NCBI GenBank assembly: GCA_045580775.1
Contig: JAZNOK010000100.1
Location: forward strand, 216-64,215
Length of the DNA: 64,000 nucleotides
Direction of reading: 5' to 3'
Source of the DNA: Eubacteriales bacterium
GTDB lineage: Bacteria > Bacillota > Clostridia > Oscillospirales > CAG-272
The translations under genes and the position numbers were made by a program. Shown here piece after piece: positions 29,795 to 39,270 of this stretch. The notes beneath the pieces were generated by a model, which was not told the DNA's origin, did no database searches, and worked only from the letters and a program-made list of their open reading frames with translations. Numbering within the stretch: position 1 is the stretch's first letter; the number at the start of each line of letters is the position of its first letter.

Positions 29795-30550
29795 TCAGCC
29801 GAGCATATCTTCCATGTTATAAAAGCCTTTGCTTTTGCCGACAAGAAAAGCTGCTGCAGACAGGGCACCCTTGGCGAATACTTCGCGTGAAAATGCGGAA
29901 TGGTGAATTCGTACCACTTCATCCTTACCTGCAAAGATGATCTCATGCTCGCCTACGATGCTGCCTCCGCGTACCGAATGTATACCGATCTCGTTTTTCG
30001 TTCTTTCTCTGCGGTCAAGATGCCTGTCATAAATATATTCTGCGTTACCGTCGAGAGTTTCTTTTAGTGCATCTGCTATCATCAGAGCGGTGCCCGAGGG
30101 GGCATCCAGCTTCTTTGAATGGTGCTCCTCTATGATCTCAATATCAAATGAAGAACCGAGTACCGAAGCTGCCTTTTTTGCGAGGGCAATAGTGAGATTG
30201 ATTCCTATGGACATGTTTCGTGAATAGAATACGGCAACGTCCTCGGCGGCTTTTTCTATGTATGAACACTCATCCTCGTTATGCCCTGTCGTGGCTATTA
30301 CTGCGGGCAGGTTGTGTTCTTTTGCATAGTCGAGCACGGATGCTACGGCACTGTGGTGGGAAAAGTCGATTATTACGTCAGCTTTTTCCTTGATGTCGGA
30401 AAAAGAATTATACACGGGGTAGGGAAGAGTGTCAGATGTGCAAACATCAACGCCCGCCACGATCTCACAGTCCTCTGATGCAACGGTTGCTTGCGTGACT
30501 GCTTTCCCCATTCTTCCGCAAGCTCCGGATAGAATAATTCTGGTTTTCAT
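29795..30550 (-). CDS. dapB: 4-hydroxy-tetrahydrodipicolinate reductase
   Basis: MKTRIILSGACGRMG NAD-binding start and the motif ..EIIEEHHSKKLDAPSGTA... The start is at the ATG 30550. Confidence 0.93.
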   Translation of the reverse strand: MKTRIILSGACGRMGKAVTQATVASEDCEIVAGVDVCTSDTLPYPVYNSFSDIKEKADVIIDFSHHSAVASVLDYAKEHNLPAVIATTGHNEDECSYIEKAAEDVAVFYSRNMSIGINLTIALAKKAASVLGSSFDIEIIEEHHSKKLDAPSGTALMIADALKETLDGNAEYIYDRHLDRRERTKNEIGIHSVRGGSIVGEHEIIFAGKDEVVRIHHSAFSREVFAKGALSAAAFLVGKSKGFYNMEDMLG

Positions 30551-30572
30551 ATCTTGTACCTTTAAAAATGCT

Positions 30573-31460
30573 TTAAATAATTGCGTGAGCTCTGAGAACT
30601 GCCTCGAGAGCGGCACGGTTAGAATCCTCCATCTCGCACAGCGGGGATCTCATGTCAATGCCGCACCTGCCCATCAGGTGCATAGCTGTCTTGACCGGGA
30701 TAGGATTGACCTCACAGAAAAGTTTGTTGATCAGATCAAGGTACTTTAGCTGCAGAGCCAAACTGCCCTTTGTATCTCCGTTCATGTAAAGCTCACAGAT
30801 GTCATGAGTTTCATCCGGAAGTACATTTGCAAGAACCGAGATTACTCCTTTTCCTCCGAGTGACATGATAGGTACTATCTGGTCATCGTTTCCGCTGTAG
30901 ATATCGAGCATATCTCCGCATTCAGCTGCGATCTCTGCGATGGCACTGAGATTTCCGGAGGCCTCTTTTGTAGCTACTATATTCTCGTGAAGTGCCAGCT
31001 CCTTGTATACGGACAGCGGAATGTTGCATCCTGTACGCGAGGGAACATTGTAGAGAATAGAGGGGATATTGACATTGTCTGCCACGGTAGAGAAGTGCTT
31101 GATAAGGCCCTTTGGGGTTGCCTTGTTATAATAAGGAGTAACAAGAAGCAGTGCATCAGCCCCTACTGCCTCCGCTTCACGCGAGAGCCACAGTGAATAG
31201 TCAGTGTCGTTTGAGCCTGTGCCGGCGATTATCTTCTTTTTTCCCTGTACTCGCTCGCATGCATACTTGATGAGCTCAACATGCTCCTCATCGGTAAGAG
31301 TAGAAGCTTCTCCTGTAGTTCCGCAGATAACGAACGCATCCGTCTTCTTTTCAAGATGCCAGTCTATGAGTGCACCGAATGCATCATAGTCTATGCCGTT
31401 TTCGTTAAATGGGGTGATGAGTGCGACAGCACTGCCTGTAAATACTGTTTGCTTTTTCAT
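30573..31460 (-). CDS. dapA: 4-hydroxy-tetrahydrodipicolinate synthase
   Basis: ..GSAVALITPF..GIDY.., ..ICGTTGEASTLT.., ..YYNK.. and ..LYNVPSRTG.. are DapA hallmark motifs. Confidence 0.95.
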   Translation of the reverse strand: MKKQTVFTGSAVALITPFNENGIDYDAFGALIDWHLEKKTDAFVICGTTGEASTLTDEEHVELIKYACERVQGKKKIIAGTGSNDTDYSLWLSREAEAVGADALLLVTPYYNKATPKGLIKHFSTVADNVNIPSILYNVPSRTGCNIPLSVYKELALHENIVATKEASGNLSAIAEIAAECGDMLDIYSGNDDQIVPIMSLGGKGVISVLANVLPDETHDICELYMNGDTKGSLALQLKYLDLINKLFCEVNPIPVKTAMHLMGRCGIDMRSPLCEMEDSNRAALEAVLRAHAII

Positions 31461-31481
31461 TGAAATACTCCTTTGAATTAC

Positions 31482-31773
31482 GAAAAAATAACCGACGTCG
31501 TGTCGGTTATCTGAAAAATAAGCACTATTCGATAATATGCCATAACACTTATAAATTCAGATAGCTCTCCACCATAGCGTCTTTTGCTCTGATGACAGTC
31601 GGACGGATGTTCTCGCGTCAAACCAGCGGCACGCTCCACTCACGTACTGCTTCGGCACTCATGCCTTTTGTCGGGTATACGGTACTGTGGATACCTGCCC
31701 CCGAGGACTGATCAAAAAGTGCACCTCTATCAATTTGCGACTATATAATATCACATTGTTTAATATTTGTCAA
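31482..31773 (-). promoter_or_regulatory. Lysine riboswitch (L-box) leader of dapA-dapB, with promoter and terminator
   Basis: The minus strand has a promoter TTGACA-17-TATTAT (31768..31773 and 31745..31750). The aptamer starts GATAGAGGTGCAC (31731) and contains ..GCCGAAG.. and ..ACTGTCATCAG... It closes with TGGTGGAGAGCTATCTGAA (31556). The expression-platform terminator is ataaccgac / gtcggttat followed by tttttt (31482..31510). Confidence 0.85.
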
Positions 31774-31927
31774 TAGTAATTGGAAATTCCCCGACAAGCA
31801 AAGAACGGCACCTGACAGTACCGTTCTCTGTATCAATTCTTATCTATTGGCAAATTGCGTGCTTACATGTTTTCCTTTTGCTTTGTATATCTATCAATCA
31901 GAGTTGATAGACGGTGAAAAGTGGATC

Positions 31928-32536
31928 CTATGATATATATTCTCTGACTCTCAGCCTGACGCCTGCGTTGTCGGCGATCTTTTGACATACCGATATATCA
32001 TCCTCCGAGAGAAATCCCCGAACCACACTCAAAGCTACCTCGGGAACATATTTTGTGACATTGTGAGCAAAGTTAAGCATAGCTGTGTAAGCCTGCTCTC
32101 CGTATACTGAGTGGCATACGTCCTGATACTTTTGTGCATCGGCAGAGTTCAGACTGATGGATATAGAATCGACCAGCCCCTCAAACATTGGTGCTGTGTC
32201 CCTTTCCCATATCAGATCTGACTGACCGTTTGTGTTGAGCCTGATCTTAATACCCGGTATGCTTGCTTTGACTTCTTTGCATACCCAAAGCATGTCAAAA
32301 AGGCGGCATGTCGGCTCACCGTAACCGCAGAACACAAGCTCAGAGTATGCTTTTTTTCCAAAAGCGTTTTTTATATCTTCGAGCACTTGCTCACGCGTAG
32401 GCTCACTCTCAAGCCACAAAGGATCTGAGCCGTATGCTCCTTCTCCGTTGTTTCTGATGCAAAAGTCGCAGGCGTTTGTGCACTTGTTTGTAATATTGAC
32501 ATACAGTCCGTCTCCGACATTGTAGGTTATAGTCAT
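31928..32536 (-). CDS. Radical SAM protein of the TatD-associated type
   Basis: CTNACDFCIRN (CxxxCxxC) near the N-terminus. The ATG lies 1 nt after the tatD stop. The pairing with TatD matches a known TatD-associated radical SAM family, from memory. Confidence 0.75.
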   Translation of the reverse strand: MTITYNVGDGLYVNITNKCTNACDFCIRNNGEGAYGSDPLWLESEPTREQVLEDIKNAFGKKAYSELVFCGYGEPTCRLFDMLWVCKEVKASIPGIKIRLNTNGQSDLIWERDTAPMFEGLVDSISISLNSADAQKYQDVCHSVYGEQAYTAMLNFAHNVTKYVPEVALSVVRGFLSEDDISVCQKIADNAGVRLRVREYIS

Positions 32537-32537
32537 C

Positions 32538-33350
32538 TCAAAGCTCCTTTTTGCCGACACCGAAAAAACGTTTTGCATTTTCGGTGGTTATGTCAGCCAT
32601 TTCATCATGGCTCATACCGAATATTTGTGCGAGCATATCGCAGGTATGCGTGAGATACCCTGAGTGGTTCGTCTCTCCTCTGTGCGGTACAGGTGTAAGG
32701 TAGGGACAGTCTGTTTCTATCATGATACGGTCGAGCGGAATAGTCTCGGCGACCGATCGCAGGGTGGTTGCATTTTTGAACGTGATAACACCTGTAAAAG
32801 AGATATAATAACCCAGTGCCATCATTTCGCGGGCACTTTCGGCACTTCCCGAATAGCTGTGAAGCACCCCTGTGACATCGGGGTGTTCCTTTAACATTTC
32901 GAGCGTAGGACCGTGTGCATCTCTATCGTGAATAACTACCGGTATACCGAGCTTTGCCGCTAATTTCATCTGGGCGTCAAACCACTTTTTCTGACATTCT
33001 CTGTCTGTGTCGTCATAATGAAAATCATAGCCGATCTCGCCGAGAGCAATGCACTTTCCGTCACGCTTGCCCTCGAGAATTATCTGCTCGAGCTCTTGCA
33101 GAGCTGCGTCCATATCCTCGTACTTGTAGGTGTCGGTCGGATGCACGCCCGCCGCAAAATAAAGCCTGTCATACTTTTTTGACATTTGCAATGCGGCACG
33201 CGAGGACTCTATATCCCACCCGATATTGTTTATTGCGTACAGTTCACCGTCAAACAAACGAGCAAGGAGGGCGGAAGTACCGCCCTCAAACTCATCGTCA
33301 AATCGGTGATTATTATAATGTGCGTGGGTATCATATAATTTGGCTGTCAT
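32538..33350 (-). CDS. TatD family metal-dependent hydrolase/DNase
   Basis: YDTHAHYN start, ..IGEIGYDFHY.., ..PVVIHDRDA.., ..GVLHSYSG.. and ..IMIETDCPYL... Confidence 0.9.
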   Translation of the reverse strand: MTAKLYDTHAHYNNHRFDDEFEGGTSALLARLFDGELYAINNIGWDIESSRAALQMSKKYDRLYFAAGVHPTDTYKYEDMDAALQELEQIILEGKRDGKCIALGEIGYDFHYDDTDRECQKKWFDAQMKLAAKLGIPVVIHDRDAHGPTLEMLKEHPDVTGVLHSYSGSAESAREMMALGYYISFTGVITFKNATTLRSVAETIPLDRIMIETDCPYLTPVPHRGETNHSGYLTHTCDMLAQIFGMSHDEMADITTENAKRFFGVGKKEL

Positions 33351-35290
33351 CTTATTCTGTCTCCGAGAGGTGTCTGGTCGTCGAGGAATACCACTCTTAT
33401 CTTGTCAGAGCCGGTGGCAAGTATCATGCCCTCCGAAAGCTCCCCGCACAAGGTAGCAGGGGCGAGATTGGATACAAGTGCCACTTTTTTTCCTACGAGA
33501 GACTCGGGTTCGTAGTCTTTTGCTATTCCCGAGAGCACTTGGCGTTTTTCATAGCCGAGATCAACCTGAAGCTTGAGAAGCTTTTTTGCCTTTTTCATCT
33601 TTTCCGCTGAAAGTATCTGAGCACAACGCAACTCTACTTTCATAAAGTCGTCTATCTTGATCTCTTCTTCGCAATCCTCAGGTTTCTGCTTTGCCTTTGC
33701 GGCTGCCATGCGAGCTTCAAGCTCCGCCTGGAGCTCCTCGAACATCTTCTTTTCATCAATACGTGAAAACAGAGTTCCGCAAGACTGTGTAGCAGCGGCA
33801 GGTTCGAGAGCACCGAAGGACAACACAGAATCATAGTCACGGCATTTTGTGGATAGTGAGTCGAGTATTGTCTGAGCACTGGAAGGTATGAACGGCGTGA
33901 GAAGGACAGCCCCTATACGGATAGCTTCGAGCAGATTGTAGATTACTGTAGCGAGTCTGGGCTTGTCTTCCTCGTTTTTAGCGAGTGCCCAAGGCATAGT
34001 TTCATCTATATATTTGTTTGTTCTGCGGAGCATTGAGAAGATACGGTCGCTGGCGTCTGCGATGCGGTAGCTTTCCATCAGCTCGTATGAGTCGTGTACA
34101 GCCGACATGACCTCAGCTTTCAGCTCTCTGTCAAGCTCTGTTTCCTCTCCCGGGGCAGGAATCACTGAGTCAAAGTACTTTGCGTTCATTGCGATAGTAC
34201 GGGAGACGAGATTGCCGAGGTTGTTTGCAAGATCGTTGTTATATCTGAGAATAACATTTTCGTATGAGACGCTTCCGTCACTTGCATAAGGCATCTCGGA
34301 GAGTGCATAATGACGCACACCGTCAACAGTAAAGCGTGCGGCGAGCTCGTCTGCGTATATTACGTTGCCCTTTGACTTTGACATCTTGTCCGCACCAAAG
34401 TTGAACCAAGGATGGCCGAATACTTTCTTTGGCAGGGGAAGGTCGAGTGCCATGAGCATTATAGGCCAGTATATAGTGTGGAAACGCAATATGTCCTTTC
34501 CGATGATGTGCACATCCGCAGGCCAGTATTTTTCAAACAGCTCGGGCTGTTTTTCGTTTGCGGGGTCGTATCCGAGAGCTGTAATGTAGTTTGAAAGTGC
34601 GTCTATCCATACATAGACAACATGCTTGGGATCAAAGTCAACAGGAATCCCCCACTTGAATGAGGTTCTCGATACGCAAAGATCCTGCAGTCCTGCTTTG
34701 AGGAAGTTGTTGACCATTTCCTTCTTTCTTGACTCCGGCTCGATAAACTCTACGTGCTCGTCTATATATTTCATGAGCCTGTCTGCGTACTTTGACATAC
34801 GGAAAAAGTATGCTTCCTCGGTTGCCTTTTGCACCGGTGCTCCGCAGTCGGGGCATTTGCCGTCCTCTACCTGAGTCTCGGTAAAGAACGACTCGCAGGG
34901 GGTGCAGTACCAGCCTTCGTAGCTTCCCTTGTATATATCTCCCTGCTCATAGAGTTTGTTGAAGATGTTTTTTACTGCCTTTTCGTGGTAGTCATCTGTC
35001 GTTCGAATGAATTTGTCATAGCTTGTATTCATCAAATCCCAGATGCCCTTTATCTCTGATGCGACACCGTCGACATAAGCCTGAGGCTCGATGCCTGCTT
35101 CGAGTGCACAGTTCTCGATCTTCTGTCCGTGCTCGTCGGTACCTGTGCAGAAATACACATCATATCCGACCTGCCTTTTGAAGCGTGCAATAGCATCCGT
35201 CATTATGACCTCGTAGGTGTTTCCGAAGTGGGGCTTTCTTGAAGCGTACGCTATTGCGGTAGTAATGTAGAATTTTCCTTTGTTTTCCAT
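33347..35290 (-). CDS. metG: Methionine--tRNA ligase with C-terminal tRNA-binding (EMAP/Trbp111-like) domain
   Basis: YITTAIAYASRKPHFGNTYE (HIGH-type region), KMSKSKGN, and the Zn knuckle CTPCESF..CPDCG. The C-terminus reads ..VELRCAQILSAEK..KKLLKLQVDLG... Confidence 0.96.
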   Translation of the reverse strand: MENKGKFYITTAIAYASRKPHFGNTYEVIMTDAIARFKRQVGYDVYFCTGTDEHGQKIENCALEAGIEPQAYVDGVASEIKGIWDLMNTSYDKFIRTTDDYHEKAVKNIFNKLYEQGDIYKGSYEGWYCTPCESFFTETQVEDGKCPDCGAPVQKATEEAYFFRMSKYADRLMKYIDEHVEFIEPESRKKEMVNNFLKAGLQDLCVSRTSFKWGIPVDFDPKHVVYVWIDALSNYITALGYDPANEKQPELFEKYWPADVHIIGKDILRFHTIYWPIMLMALDLPLPKKVFGHPWFNFGADKMSKSKGNVIYADELAARFTVDGVRHYALSEMPYASDGSVSYENVILRYNNDLANNLGNLVSRTIAMNAKYFDSVIPAPGEETELDRELKAEVMSAVHDSYELMESYRIADASDRIFSMLRRTNKYIDETMPWALAKNEEDKPRLATVIYNLLEAIRIGAVLLTPFIPSSAQTILDSLSTKCRDYDSVLSFGALEPAAATQSCGTLFSRIDEKKMFEELQAELEARMAAAKAKQKPEDCEEEIKIDDFMKVELRCAQILSAEKMKKAKKLLKLQVDLGYEKRQVLSGIAKDYEPESLVGKKVALVSNLAPATLCGELSEGMILATGSDKIRVVFLDDQTPLGDRIR

Positions 35291-35459
35291 GTCTGTCCTC
35301 CGTGCACGGGTGAAATGGCACCCGCGTCTTTGTTATATTTTTGCCCTGATGATGAGCATGTTTTTATTCTGTAGAAAAAGCATTTTTCGTCCGCACCGTA
35401 TATCTCTTCCGATGATCAGTCAGGATAGGCTGAGGGCAGTGCGGATGCAGCCTGCTCAT

Positions 35460-35672
35460 TTATCTTCTTTTGTTGGTTTGTCCGAGCATATAGTCGATAC
35501 TCTCGGAATAGATCTTTGACAGCTTGATCAGAGTCTGGGCGTTGATGGAGTTTACTCCGGTCTCATAAGAGCAGTAGGTGCGTCTGTCAACTCCGAGAAG
35601 CTCTGCTACCTGCTCTTGGGTGTAGCCTTTTTCGCGTCTCAGCTGTTTCAACCTTTCAAACACCATACACAT
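35460..35672 (-). CDS. XRE family HTH transcriptional regulator (small)
   Basis: LKQLRREKGYTQEQVAELLGVDRRTYCSYETG. The start could be 35666. Confidence 0.8.
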   Translation of the reverse strand: MCMVFERLKQLRREKGYTQEQVAELLGVDRRTYCSYETGVNSINAQTLIKLSKIYSESIDYMLGQTNKRR

Positions 35673-35683
35673 CGACCTCCGTA

Positions 35684-36409
35684 TTACATAAATACAGCCA
35701 GCAGCATTGCTAAAAGTATTGACGGCAGATAATCTGCGACCTTGAGCTTTGTTATTTTCATCAGATTGAGTCCGATGATCAGAATGAGAAGAGAGCCTAC
35801 GCAGTTCATCTCGGATACCATGTGATCTGTCAGAAACGGTCTGATAAGACCGGAGGCGAGCACTATGCTGCCTTGAAATGCGAGAACAAAAGCTCCGGAC
35901 AGCAATACTCCGACTCCGAAACTCACCGAGAGGGCAATAGCTGACACCAGATCAAGTACGCCCTTGGCAAAATATATGGTGTTGTCAGAGTAGATGCCTG
36001 CATTCAGCCCTCCGACGATAGTCATTGACCCTACGCAAAAGAGAAGGCACGCACTGATAAACCCTTCTGCAATTTTGCCGTCAGATGAGCTTTTCGGCGT
36101 GAGCTTTCTCTCCACTGCACCTCCGGCTCTGCCGAGCACACCGTCGATGTCGAGCAGAGTTCCGACTGCCGCTCCGAGTGCTATGGAAATTATCGGGATG
36201 AGCGGATGGGCACTTGCATCCGAGCCTGCACTCACAGCACCCGATATGCCGATGTACACGGTGCATACACCTACCGCACTCATCAGTGCATCGGTGAGTT
36301 TTTGCGGGATGCCCTTTTTGCATATAAGTCCTATCAGAGATCCTGCTACTACTGTGAGAACATTGAAAAGTACCCCGGTGCATTTAAATGCCATTATTTG
36401 TTCTAACAT
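35684..36409 (-). CDS. DUF554 family membrane protein
   Basis: Polytopic protein whose start ..GVLFNVLTVVAGSLIGL.. and length are typical of DUF554 (YdfK-like), from memory. Confidence 0.6.
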   Translation of the reverse strand: MLEQIMAFKCTGVLFNVLTVVAGSLIGLICKKGIPQKLTDALMSAVGVCTVYIGISGAVSAGSDASAHPLIPIISIALGAAVGTLLDIDGVLGRAGGAVERKLTPKSSSDGKIAEGFISACLLFCVGSMTIVGGLNAGIYSDNTIYFAKGVLDLVSAIALSVSFGVGVLLSGAFVLAFQGSIVLASGLIRPFLTDHMVSEMNCVGSLLILIIGLNLMKITKLKVADYLPSILLAMLLAVFM

Positions 36410-36579
36410 AACTGCCTCAAAGTGAAGTTTGTACTAACATAATATTATACATTCACGATCGCTCAATTACAATAGATTTTAAAAAAATATTGCATATCAA
36501 TGTATCAATTCTACTTGATTTGGTGAAAAAAGAGATGTATAATCAGCTCGGATAATAGTAAATTACATCATGGAGAGAA

Positions 36580-37533
36580 ATGATGAAAATATTTTTTCTT
36601 GTTATTATATCGGCTCTGTTGATTTTTTTTGTTGCACTTATGTTTGTTTGCTGGCTGCTTTTTTCTTTGGCATGTGCAAAAAAGATCCCATCTGTCATGG
36701 CACCTCTCATGGATGGGCTGATTGGAGATTTTAAGCTCGGAGAGATCGATATGGTGGTGGAGGGCAAACGTTTCTATTCTCAGACGCAAAGGCAAACATG
36801 GACCACCATCTCACGCGACGGACTGAAGCTGTCGGCTCAGTTTATTCCTTGCGAGGGAGCGAGAGCAAGTATCATTTTGTTTCACGGTTACAGATCCAAC
36901 GCTTTGCATGATTTCTCAGGGGTGCTGCCTTTTTACCATTCTCTTGGCCTGAACATTCTTATGTGCGATCACAGAGCACACGGAGAGAGTGAAGGAAAGT
37001 ATATCACATTCGGCGTGCTTGAGCGTTATGACGTTCTGTCCTGGATCGAAGAGCACAACCGCCGTATAGGCGGGGATGTTCGGATAATTCTCGACGGTAT
37101 CTCCATGGGAGGTGCTACGGTCGCTTATGCGGCGGCAGAGAAGCTCGCGTCTAATGTATGCGGAATTATTGACGATTGCGGCTTTGTATCTCCAAAGGAA
37201 CAGATCCGCTATGTAATGGGACTGATGAAGATACCTGTGTTTCCTTTTTACTACCTGGCAGATCTGTTTTGCAGAGTTTTGGCGGGATTTTCATTTTCCG
37301 GAGTAGATGCAAAAAAGACGCTTGCCCATGCATCTGTTCCGTGTATTTTCATTCATGGGGAGGCGGATGATTTCGTTCCGAGCAAAATGGGTGTAGCGTG
37401 CCACGACGCCTGTGTATCGAAAAAGTCAATCTTCCTTTGCCCCGGGGCAGGGCACGGCATGAGCTATATCACAGATACCGAAAGGTGCAAGGCACTTTTG
37501 CGGGAGTTCGTGGATGAAGTCTTAGCCGGTTAA
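36580..37533 (+). CDS. Alpha/beta hydrolase with N-terminal membrane anchor
   Basis: N-terminal TM segment, nucleophile elbow GISMGGA, and ..HGEADDFVP.. and ..GAGHGMSY.. for the acid and His residues. Confidence 0.75.
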   Translation: MMKIFFLVIISALLIFFVALMFVCWLLFSLACAKKIPSVMAPLMDGLIGDFKLGEIDMVVEGKRFYSQTQRQTWTTISRDGLKLSAQFIPCEGARASIILFHGYRSNALHDFSGVLPFYHSLGLNILMCDHRAHGESEGKYITFGVLERYDVLSWIEEHNRRIGGDVRIILDGISMGGATVAYAAAEKLASNVCGIIDDCGFVSPKEQIRYVMGLMKIPVFPFYYLADLFCRVLAGFSFSGVDAKKTLAHASVPCIFIHGEADDFVPSKMGVACHDACVSKKSIFLCPGAGHGMSYITDTERCKALLREFVDEVLAG

Positions 37534-37612
37534 AGAGAAAAAAGACCGACATGTCAGCAAAACAGCTCTGAGCCATGTCGGTCCTTTGTATTTTTTGATC
37601 ACCGTGACTTGC

Positions 37613-38164
37613 TCACAGATGCACCCGCAGACGTTTGTATATCAGTATGCTTGCCGCACATTTGATGCAGTCGGGTATCAGAAAGGGCACTACACATACT
37701 GTAAGGGCATAGCTCAGAGAGTAAGCCTGTGCAAGGTACAGCCGGCACACAGCCAGGTAATATGCTGTTCCGCAAAGGTATACTGCAGCAGTATCAACGG
37801 CACAAGCGGCAAAGAGAGCCGTGTTGCTTTTTGATCTTTCACTTATCAGCCCTGCCAAAAATGCTCCGGGAATGAACCCGACAGTAAAGCCGAACGAAGG
37901 GGACAGCAGACTTGTTATCCCTCCTCCGGAGGCAAACACCGGCAACCCCGCAAGTCCGAGACAAACATAAAGCAAGCTGCAGATGCATCCGTATCTTTTG
38001 CCTAAGAGAAGTGCCGCTGTGTTGCTAAAGAGCAACTGCATCGTTACAGGCACGGGAAAGGGAATACGAATGTATGCACCGAGCGTTATCAGAGCACAGA
38101 ACAGTCCGCACAGTATGAGCGGTCTTATATTGTGAGTGTTTGATATTCTGTCAGAATTTTTCAA
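37613..38164 (-). CDS. bioY: Biotin ECF transporter S component BioY
   Basis: ~180 aa with six TM segments, ..IPFPVPVTMQLLF.. and ..GLAGLPVFA.GGG... Overlaps and follows birA. Confidence 0.85.
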   Translation of the reverse strand: MKNSDRISNTHNIRPLILCGLFCALITLGAYIRIPFPVPVTMQLLFSNTAALLLGKRYGCICSLLYVCLGLAGLPVFASGGGITSLLSPSFGFTVGFIPGAFLAGLISERSKSNTALFAACAVDTAAVYLCGTAYYLAVCRLYLAQAYSLSYALTVCVVPFLIPDCIKCAASILIYKRLRVHL

Positions 38165-39092
38165 GCTGCACCTCGCCTGAGCGTAGTACTGTTTGAGTCT
38201 CTTCGGTTCTGACTATCAGTCCACCGGTGCTGTCAACTCCGATAACCGTCGCTCTCTCGGTCTTGCCGTTTGAGTTGTAGTACACATCTCTGCCGACAAG
38301 CATCATGTGCTTTTCATACTCGGATATGATCGTATCCGAGTCAGTCTCAAGCATGTCGAGAACAGTATCTGCGACCTTTGCGGAAAGCTCGGCTGCGGAT
38401 ATTTCTTTGTCACACAGCCACCCGGCCTTTTGACGGATATCCGGCGGAAATCCGCCGTCAGGTGCTGTGATGTTTATCCCTATACCGCATATTACCGCAC
38501 TGAGAGTGCCGCTTTCAGGACAACTTACTGCCTCGCACAGTATACCGCATATCTTGCGGTCGTGAGAATATATGTCATTTACCCACTTGATCGACACGGA
38601 AGAATTGTACTCGGACAGTACTCGCCTGAGTGCTACTGCTGCTGCCACCGTGTACATCACTCCGTCTCTTTTTTTGTCGGGCCTGATTATTATACTCATA
38701 TAGATACCGCTCCCTTCGGGAGAGAAAAAAGATCTGCCGTATCTTCCTCTGCCGGCGGTCTGCCTTTGTGCGATCACGACAGTTCCGTGCTCGGCTCCCT
38801 CAGCCGCCAGACGCTTTGCCTGCTCGTTTGTTGAGCCGATGCACTCATGACAGTATACACAAAGGTCACGGTTAAGATGTGCTCTTACCGCTGTCGGATA
38901 CAGTTTGCCGGATGACCCGATCAGACGGTATCCGCTGCCGGGCTTTGATTCAATGACAAAACCTTCTTTTTTTAGCTCTGCGACCGATTGGCTGACCGCC
39001 ATGCGGGAAACCCCGAGACTTTTTGCAATGTCGGCACCCGAAACAAAGCTGCCTTTTGCTTTCTCTAGGTAAAATAATGTATTTTTTTTCAT
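38151..39092 (-). CDS. birA: Bifunctional biotin--[acetyl-CoA-carboxylase] ligase and transcriptional repressor BirA
   Basis: N-terminal winged HTH (..SGADIAKSLGVSRMAVSQSVAELKKEG..), the catalytic motif QTAGRGRYGRSF, ..KWVNDIY.. and ..GIGINI... Confidence 0.93.
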   Translation of the reverse strand: MKKNTLFYLEKAKGSFVSGADIAKSLGVSRMAVSQSVAELKKEGFVIESKPGSGYRLIGSSGKLYPTAVRAHLNRDLCVYCHECIGSTNEQAKRLAAEGAEHGTVVIAQRQTAGRGRYGRSFFSPEGSGIYMSIIIRPDKKRDGVMYTVAAAVALRRVLSEYNSSVSIKWVNDIYSHDRKICGILCEAVSCPESGTLSAVICGIGINITAPDGGFPPDIRQKAGWLCDKEISAAELSAKVADTVLDMLETDSDTIISEYEKHMMLVGRDVYYNSNGKTERATVIGVDSTGGLIVRTEETQTVLRSGEVQLEKF

Positions 39093-39187
39093 AATAACGC
39101 CCGATTTTTAATATTTTTTCAAAAAAGCACTTTACTTTTCCTATGGATTGTTATATAATTAACAACATCTTTTAAAATTCTTTTAAG

Positions 39188-39240
39188 AGTATAGCATATC
39201 TGTTTTTGATTGTAAACATTAATTCTCTAAATAGTTTACG
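39188..39240. promoter_or_regulatory. bioO-like BirA operator (TGTAAAC-N16-GTTTAC) overlapping divergent promoters
   Basis: tgtaaac at 39211..39217 and gtttac at 39234..39239. The minus-strand promoter is TTTACA (39211..39216) -17- TATACT (39188..39193) for birA-bioY. A possible + strand promoter is TTGATT (39206..39211) -16- TAAATA (39228..39233). Confidence 0.65.
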
Positions 39241-39270
39241 GTAAAATTTGAAGAATGGAGGAACACTGAT

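Noticed and set aside
32954-33610. A 218-aa + strand ORF spanning the tatD/metG junction.
   Set aside because: It is antisense to two strongly supported genes, with an Arg/Cys/His-rich translation and no motifs.
35291-35459. Possible T-box or other leader upstream of metG, with a hairpin gcgggtgccatttcacccgtgc close to the start codon.
   Set aside because: The region is only ~170 nt and lacks the T-box consensus (AA..GGGTGGTACCGCG), a specifier-loop architecture and a terminator/antiterminator pair. It probably holds just a promoter and a small hairpin.
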